Of a stretch of DNA of 64,000 bases, positions 1 to 9,263 are shown piece after piece. Both the position numbers and the translations under genes were made by a program. The stretch is from Planctomycetota bacterium (GTDB lineage Bacteria; Planctomycetota; UBA8108; UBA1146; JAJFFE01), in assembly GCA_021776775.1 (NCBI GenBank), contig JAJFFE010000145.1, forward strand, positions 30,884 through 94,883. Direction: 5' to 3'. How positions within the stretch are numbered: the stretch's first letter is position 1; each line of letters begins with the position of its first letter. A model generated the notes under the pieces. It was not told where the DNA came from, ran no database searches, and saw nothing but the letters and a program-made list of their open reading frames with translations.

Positions 1-405
1 CAGCAACTGCTGGGTCAATCGATAGCTCGCCTCGATCGGTTGATAGCAGTCGGTCGCTCCCGAGAACGCGATCAACTCTCCACGCCAAGAGCGCTTCTCG
101 AACGCGTCTCGCAACAACTCTGGCGCGTTCTTCTTCACCACGATGCGGCGGTCGAAGTCGGTACCCGCTCCGAAGTCCAGATACTGATGGGTCACTCGGG
201 CGTAACAGTAGGCGCAGCCGTGATAGCAGCCGCGGTACGGATTGACGCTGTACCGGAAACCGAGGTCCGGGCTCTTGTTCTCGGACAAGACGCTCTTGGC
301 GTCTTCCTCGTAGATCGTCAGGGGAATGCTGGGAGGCTCGCCCAGATACTCGTGATGCGACGTGTGCCATGGATTCGGGGGGTTGGAGAGTCGGCGCAGC
401 GACAT
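1..405 (-). CDS. radical SAM protein, SplB/COG1533-like (DNA repair photolyase family), partial. The C-terminus lies beyond the window edge.
   Basis: Reverse-strand translation from ATG at 403-405 gives MSLRRLSNPPNPW...NPYRGCYHGCAYCYAR...GATDCYQPIE. CxxxCxxC is the radical-SAM 4Fe-4S motif. The ORF track misses it because it runs off the window edge. The plus-strand ORF 40..564 is its antisense artifact. Confidence 0.6.
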   Translation of the reverse strand, partial: MSLRRLSNPPNPWHTSHHEYLGEPPSIPLTIYEEDAKSVLSENKSPDLGFRYSVNPYRGCYHGCAYCYARVTHQYLDFGAGTDFDRRIVVKKNAPELLRDAFEKRSWRGELIAFSGATDCYQPIEASYRLTQQLL

Positions 406-626
406 CGACGTCGGCCTCACAAGCTTGGACGAAGCCGCCCCCACGGCTTCGAGTACATCTCTCCCACGTCCGGCCCGATCCTACGGGGTCACTCGACGGA
501 ACAGAACCCCCGACATCGTCCGATAACTTCTGATTCTTTTCGGGTCACGTGGAATCGGACGTAAAGCTCTGCCCCACCTCCGCCGACGAAACGAAGGAAC
601 TCTCTAATTGGGTGGAAGGACAGAGG

Positions 627-1862
627 ATGTCGAAGCCTTGTTGCCGGTTTTGCGCAGCGCCGCTTTCACACACGTTCGTCGATCTAGGCATGTCGCCGCT
701 GTCGAACAGTTACCTCGCGGAAGATCAGAACGCCGACAACGAAGCGTTTCATCCTCTCCACGTCTTTGTCTGCGAAGAGTGCATGCTCGTCCAACTCCCG
801 GAGTGGGTCAGCCCGGACGCCATCTTCGATGACTACGCCTACTTCTCGAGCTACTCGACGAGTTGGCTGGCTCACGCCAAACAGTACAGCCTCGAGGCGA
901 CGCGCAAGTACAGTATCGACGAGACTAGCTTCGTGGTCGAGATTGCCTCGAACGACGGGTACCTGCTGCGAAACTTCGTCGACAACGACGTGCCGGTTCT
1001 AGGAATCGAACCCGCCGCGAACGTCGCCAAAGTCGCCGAAGAGAAGAGCATTCCGACGCTCAACGAATTCTTCGGTCAGGAACTGGCAACCCGACTCCGG
1101 AAGCGCAACATTCGCGCGGATCTGCTCATCGGCAACAACGTCTTGGCCCACGTCCCTGACCTGAACGATTTCGTCGCGGGAATGCAGACGCTGCTCGCCC
1201 CGTCGGGGGTGATCACCATGGAGTTCCCTCACCTGCTGCGACTGATGGAAGAGAACCAGTTCGACACCATCTACCACGAGCACTACTCGTACTTCTCGCT
1301 GCTCACGGTGCGCCAAATTTTCGCGCACCACGGCTTGAAAATCTTCGATGTGCAAGAGCTGACGACGCACGGCGGGTCCATTCGGATTCACGCCTGCCAA
1401 GCGCAGAACGACCAGTGGAATGTCTCCGACGCAATCAAGCGGGTCGAACAAGAAGAACGCGACTACGGACTCGACCGCATCGAGACGTACAGCAACTTCG
1501 CCGCGCAGGTCGAGGCGACCAAGACCCGCTTGGTCGAGTTCCTCGCTCAAGCGAAGCGCGAAGGAAAGACGATCGCCGGCTACGGTGCGCCCGCCAAGGG
1601 CAACACGCTGCTCAACTACTGCGGACTGGGAACAGAAGTCGTGGACTTCACGGTGGACCGGTCTCCGCACAAGCAGGGGCGCCGCCTCCCCGGGACTCAC
1701 ATTCCGATCCGTGCCCCCGAAGAGATCGCGGCGGCCAAGCCCGACTACGTACTGATTCTTCCGTGGAATCTCAAGAGCGAGATCGTTGAGCAGATGGCTC
1801 ACGTCAGAGACTGGGGCGGCCAGTTCATCGTTCCGATTCCGGAAGTTGAGGTGGTGGCGTGA
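627..1862 (+). CDS. NDP-hexose C-methyltransferase (TylC3-like class I SAM methyltransferase with N-terminal Zn-ribbon and C-methyltransferase C-terminal domain)
   Basis: MSKPCCRFCAAPLSHTFVDLGMSPLSNSYL is a Cys-rich Zn finger followed by a methyltransferase fold. The Shine-Dalgarno sequence ggaaggacagagg precedes ATG 627. The track ORF starts earlier at 549. Confidence 0.7.
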   Translation: MSKPCCRFCAAPLSHTFVDLGMSPLSNSYLAEDQNADNEAFHPLHVFVCEECMLVQLPEWVSPDAIFDDYAYFSSYSTSWLAHAKQYSLEATRKYSIDETSFVVEIASNDGYLLRNFVDNDVPVLGIEPAANVAKVAEEKSIPTLNEFFGQELATRLRKRNIRADLLIGNNVLAHVPDLNDFVAGMQTLLAPSGVITMEFPHLLRLMEENQFDTIYHEHYSYFSLLTVRQIFAHHGLKIFDVQELTTHGGSIRIHACQAQNDQWNVSDAIKRVEQEERDYGLDRIETYSNFAAQVEATKTRLVEFLAQAKREGKTIAGYGAPAKGNTLLNYCGLGTEVVDFTVDRSPHKQGRRLPGTHIPIRAPEEIAAAKPDYVLILPWNLKSEIVEQMAHVRDWGGQFIVPIPEVEVVA

Positions 1863-2422
1863 AGTTCACCGAATCGACGATCCCAGGCGCCTACCGAGTC
1901 GACCCTGAGCCGATCGAAGACGAACGCGGTCACTTTGCGCGGATGTGGTGTCGCGACGAGCTTCGCGAACGCGGATTGGTCGGCGAGTTGGCACAAGCCA
2001 GTGTTTCGTACAACAACCGACGAGGCACGATTCGCGGCATGCATATGCAAGCTCCGCCGTCGGCAGAAGCGAAGCTCATCGCCTGCACCAAGGGATCGAT
2101 CTACGACGTGATCGTCGACTTACGCCCCGACGAGCCAACCTTTCTCCGTTGGGAAGCATTCACGATCACGGCGGGAAACCGTCGCATGGTCTACGTTCCC
2201 GAGGGGGTCGCGCACGGGTTCCAAACACTCGAACCAAACACCGAGGTGCAGTACCACATCTCCGCTCCGTACGATCCGGAGCGATCCCTCGGGTTCCGCC
2301 ATGACGACGCCGCGTTCGATATCGCTTGGCCGTACGAGGTCACGTCAATCTCCGAGCGCGATCAAAATCACCCGAACTTCTCACTCGAGCGACTCGAGAA
2401 GCAATTGGAGTACACGGCATGA
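1859..2422 (+). CDS. rmlC: dTDP-4-dehydrorhamnose 3,5-epimerase
   Basis: Cupin with GHFARMWCRDE...YVPEGVAHGF. Its GTG start overlaps the upstream stop (GTGA). Confidence 0.85.
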   Translation: MKFTESTIPGAYRVDPEPIEDERGHFARMWCRDELRERGLVGELAQASVSYNNRRGTIRGMHMQAPPSAEAKLIACTKGSIYDVIVDLRPDEPTFLRWEAFTITAGNRRMVYVPEGVAHGFQTLEPNTEVQYHISAPYDPERSLGFRHDDAAFDIAWPYEVTSISERDQNHPNFSLERLEKQLEYTA

Positions 2423-3456
2423 AGGTTCTGGTCACGGGCCACCAAGGATACATCGGAACGCGGATGGTGCCCTACCTACAGGAGCGCGGCGTCGAAGTCG
2501 TCGGCCTCGATAACGGATTCTTTGCCGATGGGCAGCTCTTCCCGGTGCACTGCGACATCGAGACCATCGACCGCGACGTTCGCGACGTCACCGTCGATGA
2601 CCTGAGGGGGTTCGACGCGGTCATCCACCTCGCGGCCCTTTCCAACGATCCGCTGGGTGACCTCGACCCCGAATGGACGTTCGATATCAACCACCGCGGG
2701 TCAGTCCATATCGCGCGCGCCGCAAGAGACGCCGGCGTCGCCCGGTTCATCTTCTCGTCGAGCTGCTCGATGTACGGCGTTGCGGCTGATTCGGGCGATC
2801 TCGATGAAAGCGCCCCGTTCAACCCGGTCACTCCCTACGCCGAGTCCAAGGTTCGCGCCGAAGCGCACATCGCCTTGCTCGCCAATGACACGTTCAGCCC
2901 GACGTTCATGCGAAACGCCACCTGCTACGGATCATCGGACCGACTCCGCGCCGACATTGTGCTCAACAACCTGACCGCGTGGGCGTGTACGACCGGCGCG
3001 GTGAAGATCATGAGCGACGGCAGTCCGTGGCGACCGCTCGTCCACGTCGAAGACTTGAACCAGGCGTTCTACTGCGTACTCACCGCCGAGCGTGAGAAGA
3101 TCCACGCGGAAGCGTTCAACATAGGTGTCAACGGTCACAACTACCAAGTACGAGACATCGCCGAAGCGGTCTACGACACCGTTCCCAACTGTGAGTTGGA
3201 GTTCGCCGGCAGTGGTGAATCCGATCCGCGCAACTACTGCGTCGACTTCACCAAGTTCGAGACGACGTTCCCCGCGTACAAGCCACAGTGGAACGTCGAA
3301 CGCGGCGCCCGAGAGTTGTACGAGGCGTACACCGAAGCCGGTCTCACCCTGGAACAGTTCCAGGGTCGCGACTTCATTCGTTTGAACCAACTGCGCTGGT
3401 TGATCGACGAAGGCGCTCTCGACGGCACGCTCCGCTGGAGCACGGTCCCGGTCTAA
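2419..3456 (+). CDS. NAD-dependent epimerase/dehydratase family protein (SDR, sugar nucleotide modifying)
   Basis: MKVLVTGHQGYIGTRMVPYL Rossmann GxxGxxG N-terminus. ATG at 2419 overlaps the rmlC stop. The track ORF 2326 is a 5' over-extension. Confidence 0.75.
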   Translation: MKVLVTGHQGYIGTRMVPYLQERGVEVVGLDNGFFADGQLFPVHCDIETIDRDVRDVTVDDLRGFDAVIHLAALSNDPLGDLDPEWTFDINHRGSVHIARAARDAGVARFIFSSSCSMYGVAADSGDLDESAPFNPVTPYAESKVRAEAHIALLANDTFSPTFMRNATCYGSSDRLRADIVLNNLTAWACTTGAVKIMSDGSPWRPLVHVEDLNQAFYCVLTAEREKIHAEAFNIGVNGHNYQVRDIAEAVYDTVPNCELEFAGSGESDPRNYCVDFTKFETTFPAYKPQWNVERGARELYEAYTEAGLTLEQFQGRDFIRLNQLRWLIDEGALDGTLRWSTVPV

Positions 3457-3469
3457 CCAAAACCGAGCG

Positions 3470-4207
3470 TCAAGCGGGGCTGTCGGTCGAACTATCGACG
3501 GGCACCGCAGCCCCAGAAGACGTAGACGGCGCCGCGAGATCCGCCAACGCGTGAGCCCAATCAGGCAGGTCTTCTTGTCCCTTGGGCGAGAGATCGTAGT
3601 GGCCGGTCTTCACCCGATCGAACCAACCGTAGTGGTTATCGCGCAGGATGGCCCCGGCACGCTCAACACCGGTGCGCTCGCGAATTCCGCTGACTTTCAG
3701 CACACCCGCCTCGGCCAACTCGCGCGCGCAGCGCAACGCGTCCTGTCGATACGCCGTGAGTCGCTTGCGCGCCGCCGACCCCCCCGCCTCCGGATCTCCA
3801 ACTCGCTCAGCGAACTCTTTGAGCAAGCGTTCGCGGCGCGTGCTGTTCGCGCGTGGCCGATACGGCGCAGGATCCAACACCGCCACCACGTTCCCAAGCG
3901 CGGACACGGTCAGAAGGCCAACGCCGATGCGCCGCAACAACGCCTTCACTTGCTTCCCACGCGAACGCCACGATGCGCTGTTCCCTTTGCCTATCCGAAA
4001 CGCGATGTACACGTCGTCGGACGCCGAAAGTCGATCCACCGCCTGCAGAATCAACGCGAGGTTCAGCCGTTCCTTGAGTTCGACCACCACCGGCGGCTCG
4101 TCGCCGCGCACCGCAACAATATCGCAAGCCCCGATCTCCCCCTTGACGACGTAACCCTGCGCCTCGAGAAACCGCTTGATCGGATCGTAGAGCTGAACCT
4201 CAGACAT
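3470..4207 (-). CDS. hypothetical protein with N-terminal PD-(D/E)xK nuclease-like fold (CDIVAV...VVVELKER) and C-terminal winged-helix-like region. DUF2161-like.
   Basis: The D...ExK motif spacing is typical of restriction-endonuclease-like or Hjc-like folds. There is a TAGAAT -10-like box about 35 nt upstream. It is the same-strand neighbour of lexA across a repeat-filled gap. Confidence 0.5.
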   Translation of the reverse strand: MSEVQLYDPIKRFLEAQGYVVKGEIGACDIVAVRGDEPPVVVELKERLNLALILQAVDRLSASDDVYIAFRIGKGNSASWRSRGKQVKALLRRIGVGLLTVSALGNVVAVLDPAPYRPRANSTRRERLLKEFAERVGDPEAGGSAARKRLTAYRQDALRCARELAEAGVLKVSGIRERTGVERAGAILRDNHYGWFDRVKTGHYDLSPKGQEDLPDWAHALADLAAPSTSSGAAVPVDSSTDSPA

Positions 4208-4359
4208 ATGCCACCAGAGCCGGTCTCTTTCCCGCTTGCGCTTCGTTCGTTAGAGCGTGCATTCTAGCCTACTCCCAAAAGCGAACCAGCCGAGCGAAGG
4301 CGCCGCGCTTGCGTCGGTTGAATCGCGGGTGATGGTCGTTGAAGGTTGGAGAATAAGAC

Positions 4360-4650
4360 GGGCACATCATGGCGTGGCTCGAACACCAGTGGGTTGGGGA
4401 TGGTCACGTCGATGGCTCGCCACCGACTATGAGGCACGGGAATGGGGTTGTTCGCCGGGTTGCGGGTTGGCAAACAAGCACGCCGTGAGAACGAGGGACG
4501 AGCGCATCGAGGCGTGAACGATTCTGTTCCGGGCGAGGGGCACCGGGGATGCCCGACTCCGTTGGGTGTCGGTTGTGATACGTGGATGTTGCTAGGGGCT
4601 ATGTGATCCCTGACGGGGATGCCGATGGGCCATCTCGTCCGGACGGGATG
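4360..4650 (-). repeat. ~285-bp dispersed repeat, copy 1 (inverted relative to copy 2)
   Basis: It is near-identical along its length to the reverse complement of 29178-29459. It ends with GGGCACATCATGGCGTGGCTCGAACACC. Confidence 0.8.
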
Positions 4651-4989
4651 CGCGGCCGCAATGTTCCTCTGTCTTGGGCTCGCTTTTGTGCGATGAATCG
4701 GAACGGCAGGCCGGCCCTGACGCGGCTGGCTCGGCGGACGCAGATGGGGTTGCCCCAGCAAAACAAATGTCGAGCGATACAGTATCGCGCAGCCCGGGGA
4801 CCAGTGACCAACCGATCCACGCGAATCCCGTCCGGGCGAGGTCTACGTCACCGACTAGTGATGTAGACCGCAGTCTCAGCAAGACCCCGCCTGCGAAGCT
4901 GCGCTGTCGGGTAGGTACAGTCCCACAGTTCGCGTCACATCGTTTGCACGATGTCGCATTCGGCGGCGCAACCAAACGACGCCTCATGT

Positions 4990-5270
4990 TCGCCCCTCAG
5001 ATACCGCACACAGCCCGGTACGGATCACGCCGCCCAGCGAACATTGCTCATCGCCCAACACGCAGCCGCGAGCATCGGGCATCCTCGCTGCCCCTCGCCC
5101 CGAACCGACACGTTCGCGCTCCGATGCGCCCGTCCCTCGTTCTCAGCCGTGCTTGTTTGCCAAACCGCAACCCGGCGACCGACCTCACTCCCGTGCCTCA
5201 TAGTCGGTGGCGAGCCAGCGACTCGACCATCCCCAACCCACTGGTGTTCGAGCCACGCCACGATGTGCCC
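4990..5270 (+). repeat. ~285-bp dispersed repeat, copy 2 (more diverged in the 5' third)
   Basis: 5078-5270 aligns almost base-for-base with 29270-29459. It shares the terminal GGTGTTCGAGCCACGCCACGATGTGCCC. Confidence 0.75.
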
Positions 5271-5326
5271 GTCTCCTTCGTCTTCATCTCCCGCTGCGCG
5301 ACGTGATGGCCTCGCAACAGGACAGC

Positions 5327-5986
5327 TCAGATGGTTCGGCGAACCTCGACCACACGGCCGAGGATGCGAAACCCGCTCTTCGCCTCTGGGACGATGACTT
5401 CGTAGTTCGGGTTCTCTGGGTGGAGTTCGATGCGGCGACCACGACGGCGGAGTCGTTTGACGGTCGCTTCCGGTTCACCGCTTTCGCCGTCGATCAGGGC
5501 GACGACGATATCACCTGACTTTGCGGTGACCTGTTGTTTCACAATGACAACGTCCCCGGGCAGGATCGCAGCGTCGATCATGCTGTCGCCTTCGACTCGC
5601 AACGCGAAGTGATCGTCGGCCGCGCCGCTGGCGTCGAATGCGAGCACCCCGTCCGCGGTTTCGATCGCAACGTGCAGATCGCCGGCGTGCACGTGGCCCA
5701 CGAGTGGCACCCAACTGAGCGACGTGGTGGAGGTCTCGCCATCGAAGAGTTGCGGCAGTCGATAGCCGCGCGCACGGCCGGAGCGCTTGGTCAGCCGGCC
5801 TTCGGCGACGAGCTTCTCGAGGTGTTCACGCGCGGTTTGCACGGCGCGAAAACCGAACTCGCCCTGAACTTCACGGACGGTCGGCGACTCTCCACGCAGG
5901 AGCGAGTCCCGAACGAAGCGGAAGACACGCTCTCTCGTTTCGCCGGGTGGGGTTCGGGAAGACATGGGGAACATGGTACCAGACAC
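5327..5986 (-). CDS. lexA: LexA repressor (S24 peptidase)
   Basis: wHTH N-domain (ETRERVFRFV...TVREV), Ala-Gly cleavage region, and GDSM...VKRL Ser/Lys dyad. The likely true start is the internal ATG near 5965 (MSSRTPPGETRERVF). Confidence 0.85.
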   Translation of the reverse strand: MSGTMFPMSSRTPPGETRERVFRFVRDSLLRGESPTVREVQGEFGFRAVQTAREHLEKLVAEGRLTKRSGRARGYRLPQLFDGETSTTSLSWVPLVGHVHAGDLHVAIETADGVLAFDASGAADDHFALRVEGDSMIDAAILPGDVVIVKQQVTAKSGDIVVALIDGESGEPEATVKRLRRRGRRIELHPENPNYEVIVPEAKSGFRILGRVVEVRRTI

Positions 5987-6053
5987 ATGTATGCCACGAC
6001 ACTCGACATTGCGCGGAGGGGACCGAGCCCGGTCGACGATTGGCTAACTGTGA

Positions 6054-6731
6054 TCACTGTTGGCGGCGGGGCAGAGACTTGTCCGACCAAGGGTTGTCCT
6101 TAGGGCCGAGCTTTCGCAATCGGATGTTTCGATACTCGACATGCATCGCTTGGCCGCCGTGCAGCTGCAACGCCAGGTGGCCGGACCGGCGGCCGGTGTC
6201 GTTGTGCAAGGCCGACGTCTGTTGCCCGTTGATGAACACGGTGACGTCGGCACCCTGCGCTATGACAACCATGGAGTTCCACTCCCGCGGTCGGTAGTAC
6301 TCGGCAACTTCAGCGGGCTTCTTTTTGATGATCCACCCGCGGCCGCCGGTTTCGTACAAGCCGCCGGGCTCAATGTTGTCGACTTCGACCTGAATGCCGG
6401 CAACCCCGACGCTCGACCCGGTCTCTTCGACGCGGAAGTAGAACCCGCTATCGCCTTCGGTCACCTTGAAATCGAGCTTGGCCACGAAGTCCTCGTACTG
6501 GTCGTTGGTGACCAGCAGACCGTGCCGCTTTTCGGTGGCGGGGCTCGTGCCGCGAATGACGTCCCGATAGAACTTCCAGCTACCGCCCGGCAACGTGTGC
6601 CACCCGAATCGGTCGCCGTCGAAGACCGAGTCGTATCGCGGTCGGGTCGCGCACCCAGACAACACCGCGCACAACGTCGCGATGAGAAGTACCCAGCTAT
6701 GCCGCATCACTGGTAGCCGCTTTCGTTTCAC
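6054..6731 (-). CDS. DUF1080 (3-keto-disaccharide hydrolase / LamG-like) lipoprotein
   Basis: Lipobox LSGC. The C-terminal HLALQLHGGQAMHVEYRNIRLRKL is the DUF1080 signature. Confidence 0.75.
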   Translation of the reverse strand: MKRKRLPVMRHSWVLLIATLCAVLSGCATRPRYDSVFDGDRFGWHTLPGGSWKFYRDVIRGTSPATEKRHGLLVTNDQYEDFVAKLDFKVTEGDSGFYFRVEETGSSVGVAGIQVEVDNIEPGGLYETGGRGWIIKKKPAEVAEYYRPREWNSMVVIAQGADVTVFINGQQTSALHNDTGRRSGHLALQLHGGQAMHVEYRNIRLRKLGPKDNPWSDKSLPRRQQ

Positions 6732-7884
6732 CGCCCGAACCCATGAGCACCGCCAACCAGCGGGTGTCGTCGCTCGCTTCGAGCGCGATCTTCGCCGTCA
6801 TGGTCAGTGGCACGGACAAGAGCATTCCGATCGGGCCGAACACCCAGCCCCAAAATACGAGCGAGATGAACACGACAAGTGTCGAGAGGTCGAGCCCCTT
6901 GCCCATCAACCGTGGCTCCACGAAATTTCCGATGACGAAGTTGGTCACGATGTAGCCGCCCGCCGCCAGCAACGCCGCCGTGCCTCCCGGTTGAATCCAC
7001 GCCACGAGAACCGCGGGCACCGCAGCGATGATCGATCCGAGGTTCGGAATGAAGTTGAGCATGAACGCGAGCAGCCCCCACAAGAAGGCGAAGTCGACTT
7101 TGAGGACCATCAGCCAAACGCCGACGACGACTCCGGTGAGGAGGCTCATCATGGTCTTGATGGCGATGTATTGATTGATGCTCGTCGTGAAGCGCTGAAG
7201 CGCGCCTTCGACTTCGTTTGATCGAGTGAACGCGGCGCGTATCTTTCCCGGAAAGCTCGACGCCTCGGCGAGAATGAACATGACTGTCAACCCGATGAAG
7301 AGCGCGTTGCCGAGCAAGCCGCTCAGCTCGCCGAGGATCTGCTTCAGGTATGAGAAGATCACACCGAGATCGACCGACTCGAACGTCTTCTTCAGAGTCG
7401 CCACCCGGCCGGTCGGCGTGGCGCTCGGAGTCTCCGGGGAAGCGTCGGTCGGATCACTGGCCGTCGACGGTTTGTCTGTCGCGTCGGGCTCTTCGGCGGG
7501 AAGAAAGCGTTCGAGAGACTCGGAGACGTTGTCGCTGATCTCTTTGACCCGAGTTTGGTAATCGTCGTACTTGCTATCGAAGTCACGAACCGCCCCGGTG
7601 ATAACCGCGCCGATGGCCGTCCCGCACACGAGCAGCGCCGCGACTACGATCACCAGAGCGGCGGTGGTCGGAAGCCCACGAGATCGAAGCCAGTTCAACG
7701 GGGGGCCACTGATCACAGCGATGAATATGGCCAGGAAGCACGGAACGAGCAGAGGCGCCGCTGCTTTCATTCCCGCCACTACCACCACGAACGCGGCCGC
7801 GCTCAAGAGGACGGCGAATGCAGTCGACGAACGCCCGCGCGGAACATCGGGATCAGCGGTCATATAACTCCAAAAAGTTCTCAT
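6697..7884 (-). CDS. AI-2E family transporter (PerM/UPF0118)
   Basis: About 8 TM segments, with FIPNLGSIIAAVPAVLVAW and a C-terminal acidic tail. Confidence 0.75.
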   Translation of the reverse strand: MRTFWSYMTADPDVPRGRSSTAFAVLLSAAAFVVVVAGMKAAAPLLVPCFLAIFIAVISGPPLNWLRSRGLPTTAALVIVVAALLVCGTAIGAVITGAVRDFDSKYDDYQTRVKEISDNVSESLERFLPAEEPDATDKPSTASDPTDASPETPSATPTGRVATLKKTFESVDLGVIFSYLKQILGELSGLLGNALFIGLTVMFILAEASSFPGKIRAAFTRSNEVEGALQRFTTSINQYIAIKTMMSLLTGVVVGVWLMVLKVDFAFLWGLLAFMLNFIPNLGSIIAAVPAVLVAWIQPGGTAALLAAGGYIVTNFVIGNFVEPRLMGKGLDLSTLVVFISLVFWGWVFGPIGMLLSVPLTMTAKIALEASDDTRWLAVLMGSGGETKAATSDAA

Positions 7885-8007
7885 TGCCGTTGGCAGCAGT
7901 GCTCATGCTGAGGCCGCATTGTAGCCCGATCCATTCACGAAACGTAGCCGCTTCGGGCGTCCACGTACGAATCACTTCGAGAAACGCACGAAGGCGTGCC
8001 GGTGCCA

Positions 8008-8325
8008 TCAACGACTACGACTGGCGAAGGAAGTGGGCCGGTGGTCCTGGCGCGCCTGCTCGACAGCACGCTCGAGAAGTTTCGATCCGACCCCGCGTCG
8101 CTCGACGAACGATTGCAGGACGATCACTTCCAGACCGGTCGCATCGCAGCGGTGGACCAACAAGCCGACCCGCTCTCCGAAGTCGACGGCGACGAACGCG
8201 TCGAGATCTTCTGTTTGATACACGGAGCCGCGTGAGACCAGGGTGGTTGACCCCCACGCCTCCCGCACCGACTGCAACACCCAGTCGCGGTCCGCTTCTG
8301 TGATCTTTCGAACCTCGATCCCCAT
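8008..8325 (-). CDS. small GNAT-family N-acetyltransferase
   Basis: MGIEVRKITEADRDW...VERRGVGSKLLERAVEQAR (acetyl-CoA motif A). The track ORF is extended 5' to 8433. Confidence 0.5.
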   Translation of the reverse strand: MGIEVRKITEADRDWVLQSVREAWGSTTLVSRGSVYQTEDLDAFVAVDFGERVGLLVHRCDATGLEVIVLQSFVERRGVGSKLLERAVEQARQDHRPTSFASRSR

Positions 8326-8381
8326 TCGGGCACCTCCCGCCTCTAAACTAATCGCTGCACGCCAACTGGCAAAGGACCGAG

Positions 8382-9149
8382 ATGGCTTCTCTCGCACTAC
8401 CTGACGCATTGATCGAGACGCTGCGAAGCACAAGAAGTGTCGCCGCCGTCACCGGAGCCGGCATCTCCGCCGAGTCTGGGATTCAGACCTACCGGGGCAG
8501 TGGCGGGCTCTACGACGACCCGGTCGAAGGGGATCGGACCATGGAAGCGTTGAGCGCGCCGACCATCGCCACCGATCCCGACCGGACCTGGCGAGCGATC
8601 TCCCGCATGGCTGAGCAGGCGTGCCACGCCACTCCCAACGCCGGACATGAAGCTCTCGTCGAAATCGAACGGAGCGTCGACGACTTCGTCATTCTCACGC
8701 AGAACGTCGACGGACTACACCGGGCAGCGGGCAGCCAAAACGTCATCGAGGTTCACGGCACTGTGTTTCATACGACGTGCATGTCGTGCTCCGACTCCCG
8801 TCCGTTCGAACGCAACCGCTACCTCGGGCTAGCGGTGGCCCCGCGCTGTGAAGAGTGTGACGGCATACTGCGCCCGGACGTGGTGCTGTTCGGTGAGTTC
8901 CTGCCGGTCGAGGCGTCACGTCGGATGCAGGCCGAGTTCGATCACGAGCTACCCGACGTGGTGCTGGGCATAGGAACCAGCTCGATGTTTCCGTACATCG
9001 TCGCCCCGGTCCTGCGCGCGGCTCAACAGGGCAAGGTTTCGGTCGAAATCAACCCGGAAGAGACCGACGTCAGTGCAGCGTACACGCACGTGCTTCGTGG
9101 CACCGCCGGCGAAGTGTTGCCGCTCATCGCCGAGGTCTTGGCGAAGTAG
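8382..9149 (+). CDS. cobB: NAD-dependent protein deacylase (sirtuin, CobB type)
   Basis: GAGISAESGIQTYRG, TQNVDGLH, and Zn ribbon CMSC...CEEC. Confidence 0.8.
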   Translation: MASLALPDALIETLRSTRSVAAVTGAGISAESGIQTYRGSGGLYDDPVEGDRTMEALSAPTIATDPDRTWRAISRMAEQACHATPNAGHEALVEIERSVDDFVILTQNVDGLHRAAGSQNVIEVHGTVFHTTCMSCSDSRPFERNRYLGLAVAPRCEECDGILRPDVVLFGEFLPVEASRRMQAEFDHELPDVVLGIGTSSMFPYIVAPVLRAAQQGKVSVEINPEETDVSAAYTHVLRGTAGEVLPLIAEVLAK

Positions 9150-9263
9150 AAATAGCCCAGACGAACGAGCCATCGAGTACGCTCGGGTTGGAGGACGAAC
9201 CATGCTTCGAATCGTGAACCGGCAACGATCGACCGCGAAGGCTGGAATCCCGGCGGTGCCGAA

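Noticed and set aside
40-564. Plus-strand 174-aa ORF at the window start.
   Set aside because: It is antisense to a well-supported radical SAM gene, and its translation is Arg-rich and non-protein-like.
4264-5306. ORFs 4264..4761(-), 4674..5306(+), 4951..5397(+), and similarly 29020..29580 and 29298..29735.
   Set aside because: They lie entirely over copies of the 285-bp repeat. They have low-complexity Pro/Arg-rich translations and the same 'peptides' recur in each copy. They are repeat-derived read-through, not genes.
8382-9149. SIR2-domain protein as a possible defence gene (Thoeris or DSR type).
   Set aside because: It has the canonical CobB architecture with a Zn-ribbon and no SLOG or TIR partner. 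The neighbouring genes are housekeeping (GNAT, TPMT).
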